Counted from the stretch's first letter, positions 1-9,180 are shown. The stretch is 64,000 bases of DNA from Candidatus Yanofskybacteria bacterium (GCA_003514055.1 DOSG01000008.1:121229-185228), one strand, 5' to 3'. The notes: generated from the sequence alone by a model not told the origin. Numbers and translations: made by a program.

Positions 1-416
1 TGGCAAACGCTTTCGATAGCCCAAACAATATTAAATGATGCATCTGGGAAATTAGTGTGCGTATAATCTTGCAGATAGAATTCCGTCTTGTCTTCAACCC
101 TCAGTCGTTTTTGTAGCTTCTTTGCTTTGGCTAATTGTTTCTCGCTGATCGTAATTCCTACACCCTGGATTCCCTTGTTCTTAACAAGCCAGAAGAGGCT
201 CCCACCGACTCCACATCCGGCGTCTAAAACCCTGTCTCCAGATTTAATATTGGCTTGGTCGGCTAAAAATCTGTTCGTATTTAATAACGCTTCTCGGAGA
301 TTTCTCGTATGGCTATCCCAAATGCCATAATGAACCGCACGCGTATCTCCATGCCAAAAAAATCTATATAAATTCAGTGTATAATCGTAATATGCTTTGA
401 CTTCGTCTTGATACAT
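1..416 (-). CDS. SAM-dependent methyltransferase (class I, cyclopropane-fatty-acid-synthase-like), 3' end truncated by window edge
   Basis: Reverse-strand translation from the ATG at about 416 gives MYQDEVKAYYDYTLNLYRFFWHGDTRAVHYGIWDSH...VLDAGCGVGGSLFWL..., a glycine-rich SAM-binding motif I. A stop codon lies in frame upstream of this ATG. Not in the ORF track because it runs off the window. Confidence 0.55.
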   Translation of the reverse strand, partial: MYQDEVKAYYDYTLNLYRFFWHGDTRAVHYGIWDSHTRNLREALLNTNRFLADQANIKSGDRVLDAGCGVGGSLFWLVKNKGIQGVGITISEKQLAKAKKLQKRLRVEDKTEFYLQDYTHTNFPDASFNIVWAIESVC

Positions 417-481
417 ATTTATTTTACATGGCTACGAGCTATTGAGCCTGCTACAGCCTGGATCTGCGGAAATTATGACAC

Positions 482-1144
482 TTATTGCGCTCCGATCTTT
501 CTGATTATTACCTGCCATTCAGACTTATCTTCATTCTCGCTATTTGTGTGTTTATCTTCTCTTACCTCAAGGATTTCAAAGCCGTGACGATCAGCTAAGC
601 CTCGGATTTCCGATTCGGTAAAATAGTGCTGAACTTCTTGGCTATCAGCGACCACGAAGGACTTGCCGCCGTTTTCATTCTCAACAATTAATTCTTCTCC
701 TTTCTTGGGCGCTTGGGAGATTGAGCGAACAGTTATGAGAGCTAAGGCGCCATTTTTAAGGACTCTCTCGATTTCTGAAAAAGAAGTTTCCAGACCCTCA
801 TCATCGTTATAGTCTAAGACGCGATTACAAACTAATGAATCAAAAGACTCGCGATCAAATGGAAGCTTGTGAATGTCGCCAACCAAGACGTGAGCATTAG
901 AAAAATCTTTAAGTACCTCATTTGCTCTATTTATCCCAGCTTCTGACAGGTCAATTGCCGTAACGTCTATGCCCTTCTCTGCAATATATCTACTATGTCT
1001 TCCGGCCCCTGCTCCCAAATCAAGACATTTTTTAGTTCCAGCTAAATATTTATCAACAAAATACGTGACCACGCTTCGTGGCTTTGTTTCCTCCTTTGAG
1101 GCATATTTCCTATCATACATGTCCGTCCCAAATCTTTCTTTCAT
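482..1144 (-). CDS. class I SAM-dependent methyltransferase
   Basis: Motif I LDLGAGAGRHSRYIAEKGIDVTAIDLS and post-I acidic residue, 220 aa. Small-molecule/RNA MTase fold rather than a DNA MTase. Confidence 0.65.
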   Translation of the reverse strand: MKERFGTDMYDRKYASKEETKPRSVVTYFVDKYLAGTKKCLDLGAGAGRHSRYIAEKGIDVTAIDLSEAGINRANEVLKDFSNAHVLVGDIHKLPFDRESFDSLVCNRVLDYNDDEGLETSFSEIERVLKNGALALITVRSISQAPKKGEELIVENENGGKSFVVADSQEVQHYFTESEIRGLADRHGFEILEVREDKHTNSENEDKSEWQVIIRKIGAQ

Positions 1145-1189
1145 AATCTTGACCTCATGTGCCTAGAACTATAGATCTAGGACGGCATT

Positions 1190-1489
1190 CTAGGATTTAA
1201 TGTAGACCAATTCTATAGGTTGGAAAATAATCTGAACAGTTACTTGCTTCATTTTTATCTTGATCTCTTCCACAATATTAATAACAGCCTCTCGCCACTT
1301 CGTAGATTCAGTAGTATGGAAGGGATTTCTAGTACCTTGAAGGATGAGGACATCTTCACCATCATCGGGACACCCTTTCTCGGTTTGATAAACAACCTTG
1401 CCCATGTTCACTCTAACAGTTACAAAGATGCCAGTTTCTTTCTCAACTTCTAGAGAAATATTTCTCCAAAGTTCAATAAAATTTTTCAA
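1190..1489 (-). CDS. hypothetical protein
   Basis: 99-aa ORF with no recognisable motif; coding call from ORF length and packing only. Confidence 0.25.
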   Translation of the reverse strand: MKNFIELWRNISLEVEKETGIFVTVRVNMGKVVYQTEKGCPDDGEDVLILQGTRNPFHTTESTKWREAVINIVEEIKIKMKQVTVQIIFQPIELVYIKS

Positions 1490-1662
1490 ATGGTGGCCGT
1501 AAATTGTTCTGTCTTATATTCAAATTTATTCATATGTATTCGTTTTTGGTCTATATCTAAATACTCCTAGGATGAAACGACTTATACCATGACTTAACTA
1601 ATATCTCCTGCCTGGAGCTACCCATTTTAAATTAAAAATAATTAGAAGATGCTCTGATATTA

Positions 1663-2400
1663 TCATATAAATTTTAATTGGATTAGGGTCAAGAGCAATA
1701 TTACCAAAGTTAGAGCATAAGTAATCGCATAGTTCCTAAGAACTATCCAGTTTTCAGCTGGCGACACTCGAAGCTTTTGTTTTAACATGCTCTCTGAGAT
1801 AGAGCCACCGTATTGTTTGAGATCATTGATTTTATAAAAAAGCGTTATTGGTTCATATTCACCAGGAGAATTAAAAATAATTGATGCCCTGGCTTTTAAC
1901 TTTTGCGGACTCAAGCTAATTCCGCCAGCCTGAGGTTGGCCTTCCAAAAACTTACCATCTTCTACGGGTACCCCAATAGAACTAAAGAAAGCGAAATTGA
2001 ATTCTCTGTATATACCTTTGAATTCTTCGAATGAATTTTCGTTGGCACCCAAATTCATGACTTTGGCTCTTAGGCTAATGATCCTACCAGCAATAAAACC
2101 ACCCCTCGATTCCAAATCCAAATGAAGTGGTATACCAGGATGATTAGGTCCCTTGCTACCTGGTATGCCTATCGTCCAGCCTTCCCTTACAATGGGTATA
2201 AAAAAACCTTGCATGGCAAGGAAAGCCCAGAACAAAAAGAGTGAAAGAATATAATTTCTAATCTCAAAATTAAAATAATTTATGTGTTTTAAAAAAAGTA
2301 ATATTGCTATTACAAAGGCAAATATAAGCTCGAAAACCGTAGTTCTTGATATATCATACCTAAAAAAAGTTTTTATATTAGACAAAATGACTTTAAACAT
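1663..2400 (-). CDS. hypothetical membrane protein
   Basis: 245 aa; N-terminal hydrophobic helices and a C-terminal TM (ITYALTLVILLLTLIQL). Confidence 0.3.
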   Translation of the reverse strand: MFKVILSNIKTFFRYDISRTTVFELIFAFVIAILLFLKHINYFNFEIRNYILSLFLFWAFLAMQGFFIPIVREGWTIGIPGSKGPNHPGIPLHLDLESRGGFIAGRIISLRAKVMNLGANENSFEEFKGIYREFNFAFFSSIGVPVEDGKFLEGQPQAGGISLSPQKLKARASIIFNSPGEYEPITLFYKINDLKQYGGSISESMLKQKLRVSPAENWIVLRNYAITYALTLVILLLTLIQLKFI

Positions 2401-2558
2401 TTAGACCTAAATAACTCTTAGTTACTGTCTAATCTTCCTGGTTGTTATAAATTTAATCAATTTGGCTGGCATCCCCGGTCTAGAACCAGTGGTATTCAAG
2501 TATTGTAAGGATTTTTGAGGGGTCTTTCCAGAGGCGATTTAACACGTCTCGGTCATCA

Positions 2559-3263
2559 TCAGATTCTCCTATTAATAAGATTTTCTTGATGAGCTTTTAT
2601 AACCTGCTCTGAAATATCAAAACAATTAAAGTACTCAAAAGCCTCTTTAATAAATGACCTGCTCACAGATAAGTGGTCAAACAAAATTTCTCTATCAATT
2701 TTATTAGAAACAACAATGCTATCTATTTTACAAACATACTCTTGCCAGAAAGGAATTATGTTGGAACTAAAAATAGTTTGGAGTTTTCTATCTTTTGTTC
2801 CATTAACTTTAATAGTTAGCTTGCCTTTATCTATATTAGTATTTTCAAGCAAATTTTTAATAAACAAAACAATCTCCGTGAATTTATATATTGTACTAAT
2901 GAAATCCAGGTATTCGCCTGGTTTAAGTTCTTTATTGTTTAGCTTACCAATCGTATCCTCGTATAGTGCAAATCTTGCCAAAAACTGGCCACTTTGATAT
3001 AAGCGAAACATCTCGATAAATTTATCCCAATCGGTAAAAAATTCTAATCCAGATTCAAAAATGTAGGGTCTTTTTGTGTGTTCTAGGTCTTGATTCGGTA
3101 TATGAGGAAAACTCCAGCCCCGAAGGCTAACTACCGATTTTTCTAAAATATCTTTGAGCTTTGCTTTCGAAATTAAGTTCTTCTCAAAAGCTTGTGATGG
3201 CTCAAAAATAACTTCCATATTCCCCACGGTCTTAAGTTTGTTTCTAACATCTGCGATATTCAT
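2559..3263 (-). CDS. hypothetical protein, co-oriented partner of the AlbA_2-like gene
   Basis: 234-aa ORF ending 18 nt before the start of the upstream gene on the same strand (operon-like). Confidence 0.3.
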   Translation of the reverse strand: MNIADVRNKLKTVGNMEVIFEPSQAFEKNLISKAKLKDILEKSVVSLRGWSFPHIPNQDLEHTKRPYIFESGLEFFTDWDKFIEMFRLYQSGQFLARFALYEDTIGKLNNKELKPGEYLDFISTIYKFTEIVLFIKNLLENTNIDKGKLTIKVNGTKDRKLQTIFSSNIIPFWQEYVCKIDSIVVSNKIDREILFDHLSVSRSFIKEAFEYFNCFDISEQVIKAHQENLINRRI

Positions 3264-3280
3264 AATATATCTAATTTTTA

Positions 3281-3895
3281 TTAAAAACCCTTTCTTTCTT
3301 TCTCAAAAAGAGAACTAGTATCTTCACTTTTCTCCGAAACATGTCTCCACCCCCTCTTGTGGTAATTTGTTATTTGTTTATCCATACCCCTAGTCATAAA
3401 ATCTTGTACATCAACCGGATTAATTAATTTTATAGAAGATGGTTTGTCTTTAAGAGTTCTTATATAGATGGCTCCTTCCTCTAAAATTTTATCTTTATGC
3501 TCCCCATTTTTTCGACAAATTATTGGATTTAAATAAAATTCTCTTATATCAAAGATTAGATACCGTTTTTTTCGATAGGTACCAATACCTATTTCGTAGT
3601 CAGCTTGAAAATTAGCAAACGATTCAACTTTTGCTTTAAGCTCTTCTATTTTTGTCACGAATTTGTTTAAGTGCTCCGCAGTAACGCCAACAAAATCAAA
3701 AGGTTTGTTATCTTTTATACCAACTATAACAAAACCTCCACTTTTTGTATTAGACATCGCTAAAATTGCCCGAATGAGTTTTTCTCTTGCCCAAACACTT
3801 TCTTCAAAATCAAAACTTTCCTTAAATTCTAGATTCAAGTTTTCAGTGTTTCCTTCTAAAATTTTCTCCATACTATCCTCGCTTATCTCCTTCAT
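3281..3895 (-). CDS. AlbA_2/Schlafen-like putative DNA-binding domain protein
   Basis: N-terminal stretch EGNTENLNLEFKESF...REKLIRAILAMSNTKSGGFVIVGIKDNKPFDFVGV matches the shape of the AlbA_2 (divergent RecG-like) domain. Confidence 0.45.
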   Translation of the reverse strand: MKEISEDSMEKILEGNTENLNLEFKESFDFEESVWAREKLIRAILAMSNTKSGGFVIVGIKDNKPFDFVGVTAEHLNKFVTKIEELKAKVESFANFQADYEIGIGTYRKKRYLIFDIREFYLNPIICRKNGEHKDKILEEGAIYIRTLKDKPSSIKLINPVDVQDFMTRGMDKQITNYHKRGWRHVSEKSEDTSSLFEKERKGF

Positions 3896-3955
3896 ACCTT
3901 AAAAATTATAAACTAAACCGATGCTCTCCGATCTCTCGATACTACAAGCTAGATG

Positions 3956-4026
3956 CTGCGAGGCTTGGATTCGGACCAAGATACCCGGCTTCAAAGGCCA
4001 GTGTCCTACCATTAGACGACCTCGCA
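3956..4026 (-). tRNA. tRNA-Gln (anticodon TTG)
   Basis: Reverse strand reads TGCGAGG-TC-GTCT-AATGGTA-GGAC-A-CTGGC-CTTTGAA-GCCGG-GTAT-CTTGG-TCCGAAT-CCAAG-CCTCGCA-G. Acceptor 7 bp, D stem 4 bp, anticodon stem 5 bp, T stem 5 bp; no encoded CCA. Confidence 0.75.
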
Positions 4027-4029
4027 ATA

Positions 4030-4281
4030 TTATTTTATCTTCTCAAGTATTCTCAACTTCTCCCTCGATCCTTCATAACTTTTGAAATATTTCTCCCTCT
4101 CTCTGGCAAATATCCTTGTGCTAAATTCTTCAGAATGCACTAGCTTAAATGGTCTCCTGGATTTAGTAGATCTGACTCGACCAGCATTGTGGCAAGTCAA
4201 CCTATCCTTAAGGTTATTTGTCATACCGACATAATAACCTCCATCTTTATCGCTTCTCAGTATATATACAAACTGTGCCAT
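4030..4281 (-). CDS. GIY-YIG nuclease family protein (small, URI-domain type)
   Basis: MAQFVYILRSDKDGGYYVGMTNNLKDRLTCHN carries the GIY...YVG motifs. Chosen start is the internal ATG preceded by AGGA. The longer track ORF (to 4317) would translate through a tRNA-like fragment. Confidence 0.65.
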   Translation of the reverse strand: MAQFVYILRSDKDGGYYVGMTNNLKDRLTCHNAGRVRSTKSRRPFKLVHSEEFSTRIFAREREKYFKSYEGSREKLRILEKIK

Positions 4282-4284
4282 ATG

Positions 4285-4329
4285 TGTCCTACCATTAGCC
4301 TGCCCGGCCAGGGACAACCTCGCAATATT
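4285..4329 (-). repeat. partial duplicate of the tRNA-Gln 5' portion (acceptor 5' strand plus D arm, with a 16-nt insertion)
   Basis: Segments TGTCCTACCATTAG and ACCTCGCAATATT occur at about 4002-4015/4019-4031 and again at about 4285-4298/4317-4329, bracketing the GIY-YIG ORF. Confidence 0.5.
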
Positions 4330-4376
4330 TAAGATTATGCCCTATTTTGGCATTTTTCTCAAGAGTTGACTTACTT

Positions 4377-4416
4377 AACAATGGCGGTCTTTGCCGCCTA
4401 AAAGGCCGCCATTGTT
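4377..4416 (-). terminator. stem-loop immediately downstream of dnaX (alternative nested hairpins)
   Basis: AACAATGGCGG...CCGCCATTGTT outer stem with an inner GGCGG-TCTTTG-CCGCC hairpin; weak U tract. Confidence 0.35.
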
Positions 4417-4422
4417 GAAGAG

Positions 4423-5505
4423 TTAACTAAATCCGAGGACGTCCATCACGGCCAATTCAAGAGATAGTGTCGGGATCGGAGACGTCTTCATCTCATTCCT
4501 GGCATTCGAGAAAGATGCGATCATCCTTACTACTAGCTTAGGGTCAATCTGATGAGTGAAATTAGCATCGCTCGAAATTTCTACATCGGAAAAATAGGCC
4601 GCCAAAGTCGCTGGACTAATTTTCGATATCAATACTTTGCGTAAATATTCTATTAATCCTTTCGAGAAGTTATCCAAATCAACTCCAGAACCATGGATAT
4701 CGCTTATAAATTCAATCGCCTTCTCTTTCTCGCTATTAAATATGAGAGACACGAACTTCGGGAAATAATCGGCGGGAATAAGACCCAAAGTTTCAATTAC
4801 GTCTTTAGCCGTGACTTCTTGGCCAAGAGGATATGCAGCCCTTATTTTAGATAAATAAACCTCGGCATCTCTTAGCGCACCATCAGCCGAGATAGCCATA
4901 GAGCGTAAGCTGTCATCTCCGATCTTTATCTTTTCTATGCGCGCGACATCTTTTATCTTATTAAAAATTTGATCGGTAGTAAGTCTCTTAAAATCAAATC
5001 TCTGAACGCGGGATAATACCGTTGGTAAGATCTTGTGCGATTCGGTGGTGGCTAGAATAAAGATTACGTGAGCCGGCGGCTCTTCTAAAATCTTAAGTAG
5101 TGCATTGAATGCGTCTTTGCTTAGCATATGAACTTCATCAATGATAAAAACCTTGTATTTACCGCTTGGAGCCGCGACTAGGGCCGATTCTTTAAGGTTG
5201 CGTATATCCTCGATGCCTCGATTTGAGGCGGCATCAATTTCAATTAAATCCATCGAACGGCCTTCATTCATTATCGAACAACTATCGCATTTATTGTCGG
5301 GATTTCCATCTTTGGATAGATTGTGGCAGTTCAAAGATTTAGCGAATACTCGCGCGACAGAGGTTTTACCGGTACCCCTGGGTCCGGTAAATAAATAAGC
5401 GTGGCCTATTCGGCCGCTTATTAATCCCCCGGTCAAAGTTTTTATTATATGATCCTGCCCCACAACTTCAGCAAACGTCTGGGGTCTATATTTTCTATAT
5501 AGCAT
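4423..5505 (-). CDS. dnaX: DNA polymerase III subunit gamma/tau
   Basis: MLYRKYRPQTFAEVVGQDHI...FTGPRGTGKTS Walker A and clamp-loader N-terminus. Confidence 0.85.
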   Translation of the reverse strand: MLYRKYRPQTFAEVVGQDHIIKTLTGGLISGRIGHAYLFTGPRGTGKTSVARVFAKSLNCHNLSKDGNPDNKCDSCSIMNEGRSMDLIEIDAASNRGIEDIRNLKESALVAAPSGKYKVFIIDEVHMLSKDAFNALLKILEEPPAHVIFILATTESHKILPTVLSRVQRFDFKRLTTDQIFNKIKDVARIEKIKIGDDSLRSMAISADGALRDAEVYLSKIRAAYPLGQEVTAKDVIETLGLIPADYFPKFVSLIFNSEKEKAIEFISDIHGSGVDLDNFSKGLIEYLRKVLISKISPATLAAYFSDVEISSDANFTHQIDPKLVVRMIASFSNARNEMKTSPIPTLSLELAVMDVLGFS

Positions 5506-5537
5506 AGTAGTACCCGAAAAAACTAAACTATCTTACA

Positions 5538-6158
5538 TTAACTTGTAGCACTTTTCTTAAAGACTGCCAACTTGTAACCTACAAAACTAAACACCAGCGA
5601 GACAGCTGATCCGACAATAGAAGCAATAGTTCCCCAAGCCTTAGCGTCAAGTCCGAATTGAGGACCTATGAATCTGGCCACAAATGAAGCTGTCGCCGTA
5701 TTCACGATTAGAGCCAATGCCGTAACGGCTATAAATTTAGCGAACTCCTTTCCACCTTCGCCGCTCTGCGAAGCATTAAAAGCCCAATACTTATTCCACA
5801 TATAGCTCGTCAAAAGAGCCACTATAACCGAGACCGTCTTGAAAGAGGTAAACCAATTGCCAGTAGAATGTCCGGATAATGCAAAAAGCAAGTTCAATAC
5901 TCCAATGTCTACGGCGAAATTGGTAAATCCGACCGCAACGTATTTGCCAAACTGATTGAAGAAAGCTACCCATCTTCCCAAGAAATATCCTAGATTAACC
6001 CCAAATATCCATAGAATCGGAATGATCAAGACTAGCCATGAGACATTCATTCCGAGGAATATTGGTGTGCCAAGAAACTCCAACACTCTCCAGCCAATAA
6101 AGCCGGCTATTAATCCGGTTATCACAGAGAAAACAAAATCTTTTTTTGTAAACTTCAT
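5538..6158 (-). CDS. GtrA-family polytopic membrane protein
   Basis: Four or more TM helices, C-terminal YKLAVFKK typical of the GtrA family. Confidence 0.45.
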   Translation of the reverse strand: MKFTKKDFVFSVITGLIAGFIGWRVLEFLGTPIFLGMNVSWLVLIIPILWIFGVNLGYFLGRWVAFFNQFGKYVAVGFTNFAVDIGVLNLLFALSGHSTGNWFTSFKTVSVIVALLTSYMWNKYWAFNASQSGEGGKEFAKFIAVTALALIVNTATASFVARFIGPQFGLDAKAWGTIASIVGSAVSLVFSFVGYKLAVFKKSATS

Positions 6159-6192
6159 TTATTTTTTAGCAGTTAATTTCGGAACGAAATCG

Positions 6193-8676
6193 TTACTTAA
6201 CCGGATCAAATTTAGCTTTAATCTCAGCCTCAACTTCATCTCTTGGTCGACCGTACTTTAGCTTGGACATATTATTGATCGCATCAAACATCTCCCTAGA
6301 ACCAGCACCGAAAACCTTCTCAGTCTCTAATCTGAGGCTAAATGGTTTCTCTACCTTATTATTTAATATCAGGCTAACATAGGCATTCAAGTTGGCTATA
6401 TTGGTCATATCCTGCGGAGTAAAGCTGGCTGCAAATTTATTTTTCATCGATGGATCCTCCGCGTCATCTGGACCAAGTCTTAGTGCAAAAATAGAGCCAA
6501 CATTACCGAATATTGCGTTTCTTATATTCTCTTTCAATTGCTTTACGAATTGGTGAGCGATAATCAGGCTGAGCCTATATTTTCTAGCCTCTGACAATAT
6601 CTTAGATATGCTGTCCGTAGAAAAATTCTGAAATTCGTCTATGTACAGGTAAAAATCTTTTCTTTGTTTCTCATCCACTATGTCCACTCTGGACAATGCG
6701 GCCATCAATAATTTACCTATTACGATCATGCCGAGAAGCGCAGCGTTAATTTCGCCAAGCTTACCCTGGGACAGATTAACAACCAAAATTTTGCCATTAT
6801 CCATAACCTCTCTGAAGTTGAAAGCGCTTTTCGGTTGATTAATGACTGGCCTAAGAAACTCATTGAATACAAAAGACGTGATCTTGGATGTTATATATGG
6901 GGCCATGTTGGCGAGACTCTGATCACCGCCGGCTTTCTCGGCCTCTAGCTTCCAAAATTGGCTCACCAGGGGGTTCATTTCCATGGTTAGTAGTTTAGCC
7001 CTATAAGCATCGTCGACTAGAACTCGGCTAACGTCAGCCAATACCGGAATATAGCTATCCTTATCTGGTAAGTTGCTTCTAAACGCATGTTCATAGGCGT
7101 CCATCAGTAATAAAGCCGAATTCTTAAAGTACTTTTCAAACATTGGTCCGCCGGTAGTTTTCAGATCGTATAACTTATCGAATATTCCGAACAATTCGTC
7201 TATAACCATAGATTTTTGTTCAGAATGATTTGGATCGAACTCCATCATGTTTAAGCCCATTGGCCTTGATATATCTCCAGGGTCAAAGTATATTACATCA
7301 TCAATCCTTTCTTTTGGAATAATGCCCAGGACAAACTCAGAGAATTCACCATGAGGATCAATTAGACATAATCCTTTTCCATTTTCGATATCCTGTCGTA
7401 AAAGCGATTTAAGAATAGTTGTTTTTCCAGTACCAGTTTGTCCGATCACGTACAAATGCCTTCTTCTGTCTTCGTCAGGCATATGCACAGGAGTCTCTTG
7501 CCCCCTATAAACATTAACTCCCAAGACAATCCCTTCTCTTGGTAGATCAGATGGTGGTTCAGATGGCTTGGCATTTAGATATTTGACCTTCGGCGCCGAA
7601 GTAGTCGCTAATGGGAAATGCATCAAACTCGCCAGCTCTTCACTAGAAAGTAAAATGGATTGCCTATTGTCGAATACCCTAAAGGCAAACTTGAAAAGAA
7701 GCTTATTTAGATAGCTCCCCTTAAGCTTATTCATCTTGACCGAATTGGCGTCTGAGCTAGACAACTGTACGAATGAATTGCTAATCTCGTTAAATATTTG
7801 CTCCGCTCGTGATTGATCCGTCGAAGAAACGATTACTCTAACATCTGTATCAAACAATGGCTTTGAAGCTTTGGTCTGGATACTTTTTATGACTTCCTGA
7901 TCAAATTGAGTTATCTGCTTAGGCCCTTCAGCTGGCTTATTTTCATCTTTCTTAGCCGGAAAGAATATATTAAAAATTGAGTTTGCTTTTTGAGCTTTTG
8001 AAAGTGCGCTCGAGAACTTAGCACCATTTTGCATATCACGAGCAACTTTCCCTGCGATTTTTCTGGCCGAGTCCTCGTGTGATGGTCTAATTAATATTTG
8101 CATGGAAGCACCCTCGCCTTGCCCGTCAAGTTTAGAAAATGCTGTCAGAATCAATCCCAAAGGATCAGACTCGAGACTTTGATAAGTCTTGAATGGTAAT
8201 ATAGCATCACCCTTTAGTGCCATGTATCCTCCAACATGAGCACCATTAGGATTAAAAATATTATAATCCTTAACTTTCGCCACTTCCGCCGTTGGGTAGA
8301 GCCCGTGGACCAGTTTCTCAAAGATATCTTCGAATGATCTTGGCACAGAAGCGTAGAAATGTATCTCTTCGCCAATATGATGCACGGCCATCTCAAAGGA
8401 TAGATATGGCTCACCATACTCAAATTTATTCCACCCTTTTGAATGAATATTGGTGAACGAAGAGTACAACTGCTCCATGACCATAATTAACTCTTTGTCT
8501 TGCTTCTGTGGGCCATTCGAAGATTGAGTTTCTCTAGGCAAGACTATGGAGAATAACGACATATTCAGAGCTCTCGCAATACTACCTTTGGTTCTGAAGG
8601 AATTAATTACAATAAGAGTAGCTATTAAAATCATAGCTGCGACGACTAGGTATATGGCTAGTAGTATTGGAGACAA
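6193..8676 (-). CDS. type IV secretion-like P-loop ATPase (VirB4/TraG-superfamily, AAA_10/DUF87-like), fused two-domain form
   Basis: 827 aa; N-terminal TM; Walker A GQTGTGKTT near residue 410; DPHGE; Walker B-like YLYIDEFQNF; ARKYRLSLIIAHQ. The N-terminal half is homologous to ORF 61992..63260 and the C-terminal half to ORF 60284..61990. Confidence 0.5.
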   Translation of the reverse strand: MSPILLAIYLVVAAMILIATLIVINSFRTKGSIARALNMSLFSIVLPRETQSSNGPQKQDKELIMVMEQLYSSFTNIHSKGWNKFEYGEPYLSFEMAVHHIGEEIHFYASVPRSFEDIFEKLVHGLYPTAEVAKVKDYNIFNPNGAHVGGYMALKGDAILPFKTYQSLESDPLGLILTAFSKLDGQGEGASMQILIRPSHEDSARKIAGKVARDMQNGAKFSSALSKAQKANSIFNIFFPAKKDENKPAEGPKQITQFDQEVIKSIQTKASKPLFDTDVRVIVSSTDQSRAEQIFNEISNSFVQLSSSDANSVKMNKLKGSYLNKLLFKFAFRVFDNRQSILLSSEELASLMHFPLATTSAPKVKYLNAKPSEPPSDLPREGIVLGVNVYRGQETPVHMPDEDRRRHLYVIGQTGTGKTTILKSLLRQDIENGKGLCLIDPHGEFSEFVLGIIPKERIDDVIYFDPGDISRPMGLNMMEFDPNHSEQKSMVIDELFGIFDKLYDLKTTGGPMFEKYFKNSALLLMDAYEHAFRSNLPDKDSYIPVLADVSRVLVDDAYRAKLLTMEMNPLVSQFWKLEAEKAGGDQSLANMAPYITSKITSFVFNEFLRPVINQPKSAFNFREVMDNGKILVVNLSQGKLGEINAALLGMIVIGKLLMAALSRVDIVDEKQRKDFYLYIDEFQNFSTDSISKILSEARKYRLSLIIAHQFVKQLKENIRNAIFGNVGSIFALRLGPDDAEDPSMKNKFAASFTPQDMTNIANLNAYVSLILNNKVEKPFSLRLETEKVFGAGSREMFDAINNMSKLKYGRPRDEVEAEIKAKFDPVK

Positions 8677-8686
8677 ACTTTAGGTA

Positions 8687-9118
8687 TTATTTAATCTTTT
8701 CTAACTTATTTCTCTCAATTAGAGTGTCGTATAACTGGTCAACTATGATGTCGTGAAAAGCGTCCATCAAGGCTGGGTTATTCTGGCCTTTAGCTGCTTT
8801 CACGGCATCTGCCAAGCTCTTACTAAAAACGATATTCACCAATGCCTGGACGGCGTCTTTAAGCTCGGGCAGTAGATAGGTTTGGTCATCATCCTTGGGC
8901 GTGGAATTAGCGCCCGAAGTAGCTGTTTGAGTATACGCCTTGGGCTGATACTCAGGAGCGTGCTCCTGTATTTTTTCTCCAACAGCTTCGTGAAGTATTT
9001 CTTTATCGGCTGCATTGTCTCCCTCAGACTGGCCCAAAGCCGCTCTCTTTTCTCGCAACCGCATCTCTAGATCAGCAATTTCTTGTTGTAGTGCCGGCGA
9101 AGTCTCTTGCATTTTCAT
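8687..9118 (-). CDS. hypothetical protein (predicted helical)
   Basis: 143-aa ORF between the ATPase and the small upstream ORF; no motif. Confidence 0.3.
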   Translation of the reverse strand: MKMQETSPALQQEIADLEMRLREKRAALGQSEGDNAADKEILHEAVGEKIQEHAPEYQPKAYTQTATSGANSTPKDDDQTYLLPELKDAVQALVNIVFSKSLADAVKAAKGQNNPALMDAFHDIIVDQLYDTLIERNKLEKIK

Positions 9119-9180
9119 ATTGTTACTTTACCTAATTATAGTCTTTTGTATTAATAATAAAACGTCCGTATCAACAGTTG

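Noticed and set aside
88-330. Plus-strand 80-aa ORF at the window start
   Set aside because: It lies antisense to a clearly coding SAM-methyltransferase frame (GCGVGGS motif) on the minus strand and is low-complexity, so it is treated as spurious.
1-1144. Two methyltransferases as a restriction-modification system
   Set aside because: Both have small-molecule/RNA class I MTase motif I (GxGxG) without DNA-MTase motif IV (DPPY/NPPY), and there is no adjacent nuclease.
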